From: Scyliorhinus canicula
Taxonomy: Eukaryota
Assembly (NCBI RefSeq): GCF_902713615.1
Contig: NW_024055441.1
Coordinates: 310,001-374,000 of the forward strand
Direction: 5' to 3'
DNA: 64,000 nucleotides
The notes under the pieces were generated by a model that saw only the letters and a program-made list of their open reading frames with translations, was not told where the DNA came from and did not search any database. The position numbers and the translations under genes were made by a program. The number at the start of each line of letters is the position of its first letter. Within the stretch, counting starts at the first letter, position 1. Shown in pieces: positions 1 to 10,866 of the stretch.

Positions 1-200
1 CTAAGTCCCTGTGAAAGAAGTTTACAAAGGCATCACTGTCAGTCCAGAAATGAAATTCGGGAAAGATAAATACTTCTCCTGGTTTGGATTTGCTGTGTGT
101 AAATCCCCCCGACTAATCCCCTGTAAAAAGCGTTTCCAAAATTAATCACTGTCAGTCCAGGATAGAAATTCACAACATTCTCCCCTCCTGCTCCCTGGTC
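1..200 (-). other. Intron 3' cassette and splice acceptor(s) of a ZNF paralogue continuing off the left edge
   Basis: ctgtaaaa...atcactgtcagtccaggatagaaatt matches the cassette in front of the other ZNF exons (6079-6130, 9339-9400). Confidence 0.5.
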
Positions 201-384
201 CAGGATGACCACTTATGCCCCCCCCCCCCCCCCGCTGCACACTGACCCTCTTGTCATCAGCAGTCCCTTGATTTGAGGGTGTTGTCCACTCAGGGTTGGG
301 AGTTTCTGCCCTGGGTCTTAATGTGACTGAACAGAGCCGCAGAGCTTTGGGCACATGGGACAGGATGTCCAATGAATCTTGAAT

Positions 385-602
385 TTACAGTGCAGAAGGT
401 GGCCATTCGGCTCATCGAGTCTGCACCGACCCTTGGAAAGAGCACCCCATTTAAAGCCACACTTCCAACCTATCCCCTCAACCCACTAACCCCACCCAAA
501 CTCTTTCAAACACTAAGGACAATTTAGCATGGCTACTCCACCTAAGCTGCACATCTTTGGACTGTGGGAGGAAACCGGAGCACCCGGAGGAAACCCACGC
601 AG
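385..602 (-). mobile_element. HE1-type V-SINE (partial)
   Basis: Reverse complement carries the V-domain (gtgggtttcctccgggtgctccggtttcctccc) and a CR1-like tail. Confidence 0.75.
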
Positions 603-779
603 AGAGTGAAATCTGGAGAGCAGGATTGGCTTCCTTTTCTTTCCATCTCTACCACCGCTTTGCATCATCAATAAGACATTGGGACTGAAAGACTAATCCA
701 GTTTGATGGACAAGTTGTCTCCATTCTGAACAATGGGGAACAAGCCCCTCCCACTCATTGAAACATCGCCCCGACAAAG

Positions 780-1200
780 ATGAGAAACGCGCATGCGCCC
801 TGATGCGCATCCAATAAAGATGGCGGCCGTAAACCCGAGCTGAAATGAGGAGTCGCAGTTCTGCTCAGTACAAACCGGGTCCCGGAAACTTTTTTCCGCG
901 GTTTGCGGCTCACAAAAGCTTTATACAACGTTTCCGCCCATCCCCGCGATCTCTTGCTCCCTCCATATTGTTAATCGTCTGTCACCAATTTCCAATCTGA
1001 AAAACACGTCCTTCTCCTTCGCCATTACCCACACTGCGCATGCTTCAATCACAGCGGGCCCCGCCCCTCATTCACTCCCATTGGTTGGAGGACGAGCCGC
1101 CCTCACTCGTTCCTCAAGTTCCGCCTTCTCCTGCTATTGGTCCGGAGCTGCCGTCAATCACCCGGAGATTGTGACGGTGAGAGCGGCCACAGGCTCAGGT
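780..1200. promoter_or_regulatory. CpG-rich ZNF promoter module
   Basis: GCGCATGCGC (NRF1) at 789-798, AAGATGGCGGC (YY1) at 817-827, CCGGAA (ETS), CCAAT boxes, GC box, TGATTGACGG on the minus strand. Confidence 0.6.
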
Positions 1201-2054
1201 TGACTCGCTGATTGTCCAATAATAACAGTCAGAGTTTCAGTGGGACAATCAGACAATAATCGTGGAGATGGGGCCCAGAGGAGAGACAGCAAAGGGATTC
1301 ACTCACTTTGAGAGTAACAAACACAGTATCATTCCAGTAATAAGTCAGACTGCAGTGTGTGAGTGAGGAGGCCATTCGGCCCATTGAATCTGCACCGACC
1401 CTATGAAATATCACCCTACCTGGGCCAATCTAGGACGGCATGGTAGCACAGTGGGTAACACTGTTGCTTCCCAGATCCAGGGTCCCAGATAATAATTCTG
1501 TCACTTATTATTAGACAATAACCTGCCTGATATGAAAATCGCTTATTGTCACAAGCAGGCTTCAAATGAAGTTACTGTGAAAAGCCCCTAGTCGCCACAT
1601 TCCGGCATCTGTTCGGGGAGACTGGTACAGGAATGCCTGTTATTCCAATGCTGGTGTGTGTTACTCTGTTACTGTTATCATTAGACAATAATAGGAGGGC
1701 AAGATGCAAGGTAGCAATGATAATTTGATGTTTCTGTGTTATAGTCAGTGTCACTGGGAGGTGTGATAAAATAGGAATGGAAACATCATGACAGAGGCAC
1801 GTGTGACTGACTCCACCTGATTCAGAGCTGTTCTACCCAAGATGAGAGCAATGAGGACATGGGGAACTCCAGAGATTTCTGGTATCTGAGGTGCATCTGT
1901 AGAGGAATTGAAATCATTCTAGTGGTCCTCGATTTATCCAGTAAATATATCTGACAGCTGAAACCAAAGTTTCATCCTTCTCTTTGAGACACATTGTGAT
2001 TGAAAATATCAAATGTTAAAACATCAGGAGAGGGAAATTCAGACTGTCACAAAG

Positions 2055-2335
2055 GGCATCATTGTTGCCTCACAGCACCATGGACCCTGGTTCAATTCCA
2101 GCCTTGGGTGACTGTCTGTGTGGAGTTTGCACTTTCTCCCAGTGTCTGCATGGGTTTCCTACCACCATTCAAAGATTTGCAACTTAGGTGGATTGGCCAT
2201 GATCAACCTCCCCTTCGTGTCCAAAAATGTGTTGGTTAGGTGGGGTTACAGGGATAGGATGGGGGATTGGGCCTAGGTATAGTGCAAACTCAATGGGCCG
2301 AATGGCCTCCTTTTGCACTGCAGAGATTCTATGAG
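2055..2335 (+). mobile_element. HE1-type V-SINE
   Basis: tRNA-like B box (ggttcaattcc), V-domain, tail gggccgaatggcctcc...ttctatga. Confidence 0.75.
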
Positions 2336-2707
2336 TGAACTGTCGAATTCATCTGATTCACCATAACACTGCCAATTTACCCTCTACAAGTGTAACTCCC
2401 TTTGAAAGTTACTGTAAATCTGCTTCCAGCAGCCTGTCAGTGTGAATTCCAGATCACATCACTGTGTAAAAACAAATCTCATCATCACCCCCTTGGGTTC
2501 TGGTGTCAAATATCTTAAATCTCTGTGTCCTCTGGTTACAAACCCTCCTGCTCTTGGGGAACAGTTTCTCCCCATCGACACTGTCACAAATCCTTCATTT
2601 TAAACACCTCTATTAAATCTCCTTTTCACCTTCCCTGATATCAGAGGGACAATCCCAGTTTCTCCTGCTCTGAGTCAGAGGGACTCGAAACGTTAACTCT
2701 GTTTCTC

Positions 2708-2921
2708 CCAACCGCCTCACGGCGCTGAGGTCCCAGGTTCGATCCCGGCTCTGGGTCACTGTCCGTGTGGAGTTTGCACGTTCTCCCCGTGTCTGTGTGG
2801 GTTTCGCCCCCACAACCCAAAAATGTGCAGAATAGGTGCATTGGCCACGCTAAATTGCCCCTTAATTGGAAAAAATAATTGGCTAATCTAAATTTATTAA
2901 AAAAGAAAAAGAAAAAAAAAA
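2708..2921 (+). mobile_element. 5'-truncated V-SINE with A-rich tail and 13-bp TSD
   Basis: aactctgtttctc at 2695-2707 and 2922-2934 flanks the element. Confidence 0.85.
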
Positions 2922-3332
2922 AACTCTGTTTCTCTCGGTACCGATGCTGCCAGAACTGCTGATTTTTTCCAACATTTACTGTTTCGCTCCCTCTTTTTCC
3001 TCCTTCAATCTATCAAACACTTCATGATTTTGAACACCTCAATTAAATAGGAATAGGAGAAAAATATAGATGAAAGGAGAAAGAAAGACAGATTTTAAAA
3101 AACAGAAAGGTGAGGTGAGAATAAAAGCTGAGTAATAGAGGAAACAAGGAACACAGAAAGAATGATATAAAATATAAGGGAGCAGGTTATCAGCTCTCAG
3201 CTACAGAGAGCAGAATGAACCATGGAAGAGAGAGATTGGGACACATTTCTTACACGCCTCAGGATTAACCCATACGGGGACTTTGCTGTCGGTGAAGAGA
3301 GATGAGAAAGACCCAAGTGTGATTTGTCGCTC

Positions 3333-5380
3333 TCAGTGTGACCCTGAAAGACTGTGTCCAGGTTGAAGTTCTGTTCCTGCCGTGTGATCCTCCCCCAGAT
3401 TGTCCTTTCTGAGTTCCAGACAGGTGATGTTAAACACTGAAGTAAACATTATTGAGTCCTGTACATGACTAACAAGATCAATAAGGGTATAATCTAAACC
3501 TTGTAGTCGCTTGTGAACTCGCTGGTGTGTTAGCAGGTGGGATGAATGAGTAAATCTCTTTCCACAGACATTACAGTTGAATGGCCGCTCCCCAGTGTGA
3601 ACTCGATGGTGTTTCAGAAGATAAGATAAATGTGAAAATTCCTTCCCACATCTGGAGCAGGTAAATGGCCTCTCCCCACTATGAACTCTCTGGTGTGTCA
3701 GCAGGTTAGGTGACTGACTGAATCCCTTCCCACACACAGAGCAGGTGAATGGCCTCTCCCCAGTGTGAACTCGCTGGTGATTCAATAGGTTGGATGAACG
3801 AGTGAATCCATTCCCACATACTGAGCAAGTGAATGGCCTTTCCTCACTGTGAACCTGCTGATGTGTCAGAAGGGTGTATGAACATAGAAATCCCTTCCCA
3901 CATGCAGAGCAGGTGAATGGTCTATCCTCTGTATGAAGTTGCTGGTGTATCAGAAGATTGGATGAATTAATGAATCCCTTCCCACAGTCAGAGCAGGTGA
4001 ATGGCCTCTCCCCAGTGTGAATTCTCTGGTGTTTCAGTAGGGCAGATGTGTGGATTCCTGGTTAATTTGCTGTCAGTCTAGATTCAATAAAATCTGAGAT
4101 GGATTTGCAGGTATCATATCATTTAATAATAACTAACTTGCAAGGCTGACTTAATCCATAGGACCTCAGGACACACACACTGTCTTCTGAGAGCCCAGAA
4201 TAAAGAGAGACAGAATACAAAGAAGCTTCTGCTGATATATTCAAAATCACAGTAAGATTCACATATAAGCTTCCCATTGGTCATTCTATACACCTCCTGA
4301 CCTGGCCCTATATCCTAATTGGTCACTTTGCATTGTAACCCCAGCATCTTTGATTCCTTCTGACCACGAGGTTACCATCCCCCGCGAGCCATGAAACTTC
4401 TGCTTTCCTTTGTTCTGTCTGTGACCACAATGCCCTCAGGGTCCTAGTGCCTAATTTTATCACATTCATTTATTCATTTCCTCAGATGGACGGCTGAAAC
4501 CTTTGCCGCACACAGAGCAGGTGAATGGCCTCTCCCCAGTGTGAATTCTCTGGTGATTCAGTAGGGCAGATGGAGGGTTGAATCCTTTTCCAGACACAGT
4601 GCTGGTGAATGGCCTCTCCCCAGTGTGAGCATATTGATGTTAGTAAATTCTTTTTTGTTTTTAACACTCTTCTCACAGTCAGGACAGTTAAAAAGTTTGT
4701 TATCAGACTGAACAAGTTGACGTGTCTGCAGGTGGGATGACTGAATACATTGATGTGTCAGCAGATCCTTTTTACATTTAAAACTCTTCTGACAGTCAGG
4801 ACATATAAATGGTCTCTTATCAGTGTGAACAAGCTGATGAGTCACAATGTGGGATGACCGAGTGAATCACGTTCCACACACCAGGCAGGTGAATGGCCTC
4901 TCCTCAGTGTGAACCCGCTGGTGTGTCAGAAGGTTGTATGAATGGTTGAATCCATTCCCACAAATGAAGCAGATGAATGGCCTCTCCCCAGTGTGACTGC
5001 GACGATGAACTTCCAATTGTGATGGGTAACTGAATCCCTTCCGACAGTCCGCACATTTCCACAGTTTCTCCATGGTTTCTTTATGTCTCTCCTGGTTGAA
5101 GCTTTGTCCACACACAAACAAGCATTTAATTTCTCCCTGCAGTGAATGATGTGATACTTTTTTGAGGCTGTGTAACTGGTTAAAACTCTCTCCAGTCAGT
5201 GAACTGAAAACTCTCATTGGGGGGTGGGTCTCGGTGCTTTTGCAGTCACCCTGCTCAAACAGAACAAACACTTCTTCCAAATTCAAAGACTGAAGATATT
5301 GAGCTCTTAATGAATTGAGTGATTTTGATGTGATGTTTGGTTTTCCGCTTCCTGTCAGCCAATTCTCCACTTCCAATATC
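3333..5380 (-). pseudogene. C2H2 zinc-finger gene A, disabled
   Basis: ATG ([10 protein letters not shown]) at 5073. In-frame TGA at 4869-4867 replaces a Gly codon. Deletion and frameshift near 4740-4620, LTR insertion at 4049-4484, further TGERPF-linked fingers down to ~3500. Confidence 0.9.
4049..4484 (-). mobile_element. Probable solo LTR inserted in a zinc finger
   Basis: 436 bp, TG...CA ends, 4-bp TSD GATG (4045-4048, 4485-4488). Removing it restores GFSRPSALLKHQ. Two CCAAT boxes on the minus strand. Confidence 0.75.
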
Positions 5381-5388
5381 CTGTAAAA

Positions 5389-6078
5389 CAGGGGTGGGCA
5401 AACCTTTCCGTGCAAGGGCCACATTCAGAAATTCACAATTTTAAAGGGCCACATAGTATATTAAGTAAAATAATTAATATTTTAAATAGCCAAAATGAAA
5501 GTTCTTTAAAGAAAAAAAAGCACATTTATTTGAAAAACAAAGTAACTCAGTAAGTAACAGAACAATGTCAATGAGAATGATGCATCTGACTGCAGTCATT
5601 TACCAGTTTGTTGTAATCAGGTGTCAAGTTGCTTGTGCTGATCCTTAACACTGACAGAAGCACAGCCTAGCCGAGTCAACGATAAAAACGCGCGTAGTGG
5701 GGTGGATGAGTGGGGCTGCCTTATTGGTCGGTTTAGTTGGGTGTGCGACCAATAGGAGTCCAGGTTACAAACAATAATAAGGCTTATTGTTTGTAACCTG
5801 GACTCCTATTGGTCGCACACCCAACTAAACCGACCAATGAGATAGCCCCACTCATCCACCCCACTACGCGCGTTTTTATGCGGCCAGCCAATGAGGTGCC
5901 CGGAATCATAAGCGGCATTTTTGAAAAGCCGCCGGGGATCAGCGCATTTACTTCAGCGGCTTTTCCCCGGCGGCTTTTCAAAAATGCCAGTTATGATTCC
6001 TGGCACCTCATTGGCGGGCCGCATAACAATCTTTGTCGGGCCGCATGCGGCCCGCGGGCCGTAGTTTGCCCACCCCTG
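5389..6078. mobile_element. Non-autonomous hAT (Charlie-like) DNA transposon
   Basis: Perfect 15-bp TIR caggggtgggcaaac (5389-5403, 6064-6078) and 8-bp TSD ctgtaaaa (5381-5388, 6079-6086). Confidence 0.92.
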
Positions 6079-6400
6079 CTGTAAAAGGAGTTTACAAAAG
6101 CCATCAGTCAGTCTAGAATAGAAATTCTGAACAGACAATTTCAGTTTCTCTGGAACATTTTTCCCTCTCTTGTTCCCCCAAAGCTGTAAATCCCCGTCCC
6201 ACACACTCTCCCTCCTCCCTGGGCTGAAATCCAAACCCATCTCACCATATCTTTCCTCCACTCCCAGTTTTCTCCCTCCCTCTCCTCTGCCTGGGTTCAG
6301 TTCTCCAGCTCCTGTCTGCAGACTGACAATAAAACCAATGGGTCTGTCTGCAGACTGACAATAAAACCAATGGGTCTTATTGGGGGGTTTGGGTTCTCAC

Positions 6401-6850
6401 CATTGTCCCCGCTCGCGGCGGCTCTCATTCAGCCTCTGGGAGCCGCACTCACTCTCACTGCGGCTGCGCTCAGCCCGGAGCAGCTCCACACAGAGAGGCT
6501 ACTTCCGGGGGCGGGGCATTGTGACGCCTGCGCTTTCTGCATCCTGTCACGAATATAGGGCGTATTCATCCGCGCCTGGCATTACGAGTACCATTACCCG
6601 CCATGATTCTATTACGTTCCTCCGGGTGATAAATTGGTTCCGGCAATTTTGATACAGTTCGGTGTTTGTCCCGAATGTGGCAGCCGCATCGGTGTTTTTC
6701 TCTCTGATCGACCCCTGTTAACAACTATCATTTGTTTAGGGGGCGATTTACAGCAGGGCGCCTGCGCGGCCGCCATCGTTCTCAGCGGAAATGTGCAGCA
6801 GGACGCATGCGCAGACATCCAGGAACCAGAAGCCGGAAGAGAGAATCTTG
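6401..6850. promoter_or_regulatory. Bidirectional CpG-island promoter and likely non-coding exon 1 of ZNF-A
   Basis: CpG-dense, GC box, ACGCATGCGC and GCCGCCAT motifs, ETS sites, minus-strand donor ATG/GTGAGA at 6401/6400. Confidence 0.6.
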
Positions 6851-7055
6851 TGAATTTCTCTCCTGGACTGAGAGTGAAATTCCTTTGGAAACTCCTTCTT
6901 TAGAAAAAGGAGGCTTTACTGAGGGGAACTTCAAACCAAACATCAAGTCATCCTCTGACTGAATTATTCGATTCATCAGGACCTGAATATCATTGGGAGG
7001 TAAAATCTGTTCTGTCTGAGGACAAAGATTTCAGATATCAGAGTGACTGGGAAAC
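6850..7055 (+). pseudogene. Relic of the 5' part of a ZNF exon, no fingers left
   Basis: Acceptor cassette followed by aaacttcaaaccaaacatc...tcatcaggacctgaatatc-like sequence as in paralogues, then breaks off. Confidence 0.5.
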
Positions 7056-7772
7056 GTTTAATGACCATTCCGGGTTAAATTTGAGACTAATTACACCGAT
7101 CACCGATTGGGGAAGTTAAATAATTTGCTGTTGTGCTCTTATGTATGCAGGTAAATTTTAAAATTACCGTATTAGCATATTTGGCAGCTAAACTGGGCTA
7201 ACTGCTGATCTTGTTAGTAATGAGAGTTACTATCCCGGATTTTATCAAATTTTGTTGTTCCTGTTACATTTCATTCAGCTCATCGTGGCTGCAAAGTAGG
7301 TATTCAGCCGAAACTCAATTTGCAGATTGTGGTCTGTAGTTTTTTAAGTTACATCAATTCAACTGTCTATCTGAATACTTTTAAAATGTTATGAGGGTTT
7401 CTGCCATCATTTCAGGCAGCATGTCACAGATCCTCACCACCCTCCTAGTCCTTCCATAAATCTCTGCTCCCTTTTATATGTATCCCTCAACCAAAGGACC
7501 TTCCTATCCAATCTATTTAGATCCCTCAGAATTTAAAAAATATATTAATTTATATTTTTTACCGCTTTGGCGGCAATTTAATTTTGCCAAGCCACCTAAC
7601 CTGCACATATTTGGGTTGTGGGGGTGAAACCCACACAGAAAATGGGAGAATGTGCAAACTCCTTACAGACTGTGACCCAGGGCCAGGATCGAACCCAGGT
7701 CCCCAGCACGCAGGCACACAGCCACTACCACCATGAAACTCCAGAATATTATACATTTGGAATAATCTTTAC

Positions 7773-8046
7773 TATTGTCACTAGTAGACTTATATTAACA
7801 CTGCAATGAAGTTACTGTGAAAATCCCCGTAACCACACTCGGGGACCTATTCAGGTACACAGAGGGAGGATTCAGAATGTCCAATTCACCTAACAAGCAT
7901 GTCTTTCGAAACTTGTGGGAGGAAACCCATACAGACACTGGGAGAACGTGAAGACTCTGCGCAGACAGTGTCCCAAGTGGGAATTGAACCCTGGGACCCT
8001 GGCGCTGTGATGTAACAATACTAACCACTGTGGTACCATGCCGCCC
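7773..8046 (-). mobile_element. V-SINE, alternative-tail subfamily
   Basis: V-domain plus tail ...ttttcacagtaacttcattgcagtgttaat on the reverse complement. Confidence 0.75.
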
Positions 8047-8090
8047 ATAAAACAGTTCGGCTCAATGTTCTCGCATTAAAGAAGCTGAAG

Positions 8091-8163
8091 CGCCCAATGT
8101 GGGTCTTGAATCCACGGCCCTGGGATTAAGACTCCCATACTCTACCGACTGAGCTAGCCGGGC
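8091..8163 (-). tRNA. tRNA-Lys-CTT: tRNA-Lys(CTT), divergent copy
   Basis: GCCCGGCTAGCTCAGTCGGTAGAGTATGGGAGTCTTAATCCCAGGGCCGTGGATTCAAGACCCACATTGGGCG, 73 nt. G32 and T-stem changes suggest reduced function. Confidence 0.75.
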
Positions 8164-9005
8164 TGCTTGTCATAATTTCATTTTGGTCTCCCCTCAGTCT
8201 TCTGTTCCAAAGAAAACAGCCCCAGTTTATCCAAACTTTCTCTGAGCAAACATTTTCAATTTCTTGTCAATGTTCTTAAATCTCCTCTGTGCTCTCTCTA
8301 GTGCAGTCTTCCTGTGCACAGGAATCTAGCTCTGGCCTAACTAGTCCTGTCCTGCCATTTATCATGTCATCCGTTGCATTGTTTTCCCTCCAGCTTTCTT
8401 CCTCATTCATCAATCATTTTTGTTTCACAGGTAAACTTCTTCATGTTCCTACATTTACTTTCAAATCAATGATGTAACCAGGAGTGAAGGGACCAGTACT
8501 GATTCCTTGGAAACGGCACTGGAAACAACCCATTGATTTTCTCTGTTCTTTATGGGATGCGAGTGTCACGGGCAAACCAGCTTGGTTGCCAATTCCTATT
8601 TGTCCTTAAACTGAGTGGCTTGCTAGGCAATTCAGAATGAACCACATTTCAGTGAGTTGGCCAGATCAGGTAACGCCGATGCAGACTCGATGGGCCGAGT
8701 GGTTTCCTTCTGCACTGTAGATTCTATGATTAATTCCGACCTTGGGTCACTGTCTCTGTGGCGTTTTCCTGCGTCTGCGTAGATTTCCTTTCCGGGTGCT
8801 CTGGTTTCCTCCCACAGTCCAAAAATGTGCAGATTAAATGGATTGGCTGTGCTAAATTGTCCCTGGGAGATGTTAGGGTATAGGGTGGGGAATTCACCAC
8901 GGGAGGATGCTCTTTCAGAGAGTTGCTACAGACTCGATGGGCCAAATGGCCTCCTTCTGCACTGAGGGAATTCTATGATTCTACATTGGATGCAATGATG
9001 TGTTG

Positions 9006-9330
9006 ACTCACACACTGCAGCCTGACTCTTATTATGGGAGAAGACACTGTGTTTGTTACTCTCAAAGTGAGTGAATCCTTTGCTGTTTCTCCTCTGGGCC
9101 CCATCTCCACTATTATTGTCTGATTGTCCCACTGAGACTCTCACTGTTATTATTGGACATCAGCGAGTCAGCCTGAACCTGTGGCCGCTCTCACCGTCTG
9201 TAACCATCACAATGTCCGGGTGATTGACGGCAGCTTCGGACCAATAGGAAGAGGAGGAGCGGGTCTGGAGGACCGACTGACAGCAGCTGGTCCTCCAACC
9301 TATCGGAGTGAATGAGGGGCGGGGCCCCTT
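9006..9330. promoter_or_regulatory. Inverted copy of the promoter/exon module at 1056-1364
   Basis: Reverse-complement match including TGATTGACGG, CCAAT boxes and GC box. Confidence 0.65.
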
Positions 9331-9509
9331 CTAACCCCCTGTAAAAGGAGTTTACAAAAGCCATCACTGTCAGTCCAGGATCGAAATTCTGAACAGGCAA
9401 TTCCAGTTTCTCTGGAACATTTTTCCCTCTCTTGTTCCCCCAAAGCTGTAAATCCCCATCCCACACACACTCCCTCCTCCCTGGGCTGAAATCCAAACCC
9501 ATCTGCACC

Positions 9510-9740
9510 GTTTCTTTTTTTTTAAATTTAGAGTACGCAGTTTATTTTTTCCAATTCAGGGGCAATTTAGCATGGCCAATCCACCTACCCTGCAAATCCT
9601 TGGGTTGTGGGGAGAAACCCACGTAAATACGGGGAGAATGTGCAAACTGCACACGGACTGTGACCCAGAGCTGGGATCGAACCTGGGACCTCGGTGCCAT
9701 GAGGCCGTAGTGCTAACTACTGCACCACCATGCTGCCCTT
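9510..9740 (-). mobile_element. V-SINE inserted in the ZNF intron cassette
   Basis: Flanked by tctgcacc(g/a)tttc direct repeats; the cassette resumes on both sides. Confidence 0.75.
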
Positions 9741-10199
9741 CTGCACCATTTCTTTTCTCCACTCCCAGTTTTCTCCCTCCCTCTCCTCTGCCTGGGTTCA
9801 GTTCTCCAGCTCCTGTCTGCAGACTGACAATAAAACCAATGGGTCTCATTGGGGGTTTGGGGCCTCCAGCGGGTGTTTGTGAATCCTCCCCACCCACCTG
9901 CCGAGTTTTCCTTCCTTGCCATCGGTGAGAACTCTGATTTATTGTTCTCCCTTGTGGTTCCAGGTCTCTCCCTAAGCTTGACATATTGATTTGTCTGGCG
10001 AAAAGGATGGTCTCTTTCCTAATGTTCACAATTAAAGGGGTAGGTTCCCCAGGAGATGGCTGACATTTCAGGGCAATTAAATGAATAATGGACAGAGATA
10101 TGTTACATGGTACAGATTAGATATATTATTTGTGGTTCTGTAATAAATTATATTTATTATTATTTCTCGCCTTGTAATATAAGACTGTAGCTACGTTAT

Positions 10200-10625
10200 A
10201 GATTTCCAGTCATCTCTTCCTTCAGAGGTTTGATAGTCTTAAGATTTCTCTTCCGCAGGGACCAGTTGTATCTGGGGGTCATTGAATATATTGAAGCACA
10301 AGTTAGACAGATATTTTATTGGCAATGGAGTTAAGGGTTATGGGGAACAGGTAGGAAAATAGAGAGAAAGATGAGATGAGGGATCTCTTCAGTCGAGGAT
10401 GTGGTGAAGCTTTGGAATTCTCTATCCCAGAGGAATGTGGAGCCTCAGTCATCAGATATATTCAAGACAAATATTGACAGGTTTCTAGATATTGAAGATA
10501 TTGAGGGATATGGGGATCGTGTGGGGAAAATGGTGCTGAGGTAGATCAGCCAAGGATCTCATTGAATGGTTGAGCAGACTTGGTGGGCCGAATGGCCTAC
10601 TCTTGCTCCTATTCTAATCTCTGTG
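10200..10625 (+). mobile_element. CR1 LINE 3' fragments
   Basis: ggaattctctatcccagag...gggccgaatggcctactcttgctcctatt, a typical CR1 3' end. Confidence 0.65.
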
Positions 10626-10866
10626 TCCTGGTCAGCAGTGAGCTGAGCTTGGATCTGTCAATCAACATGAACCAGCACCTTCAGGATAATTGGGAGGGTG
10701 AATATTAGATACAACAGAGTGAGAATGGAGGGAGATTGTGTGGGATGGAGATTTACCAGACTTTGGAGAACAAGAGAGGAAATAATGCTCCATAGGAACT
10801 AGAATTGTCTGTTCTGAATTTTCATCGTGTACTAACAATGATGACTTTTGCAAATTGTTTTTAAAG

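Noticed and set aside
3050-3330. Purine-rich stretch with a TATA-like motif as an LTR
   Set aside because: No TG...CA ends or TSD could be defined
6314-6377. 32-bp tandem duplication in the intron cassette
   Set aside because: Real but a simple local slippage with no evident consequence
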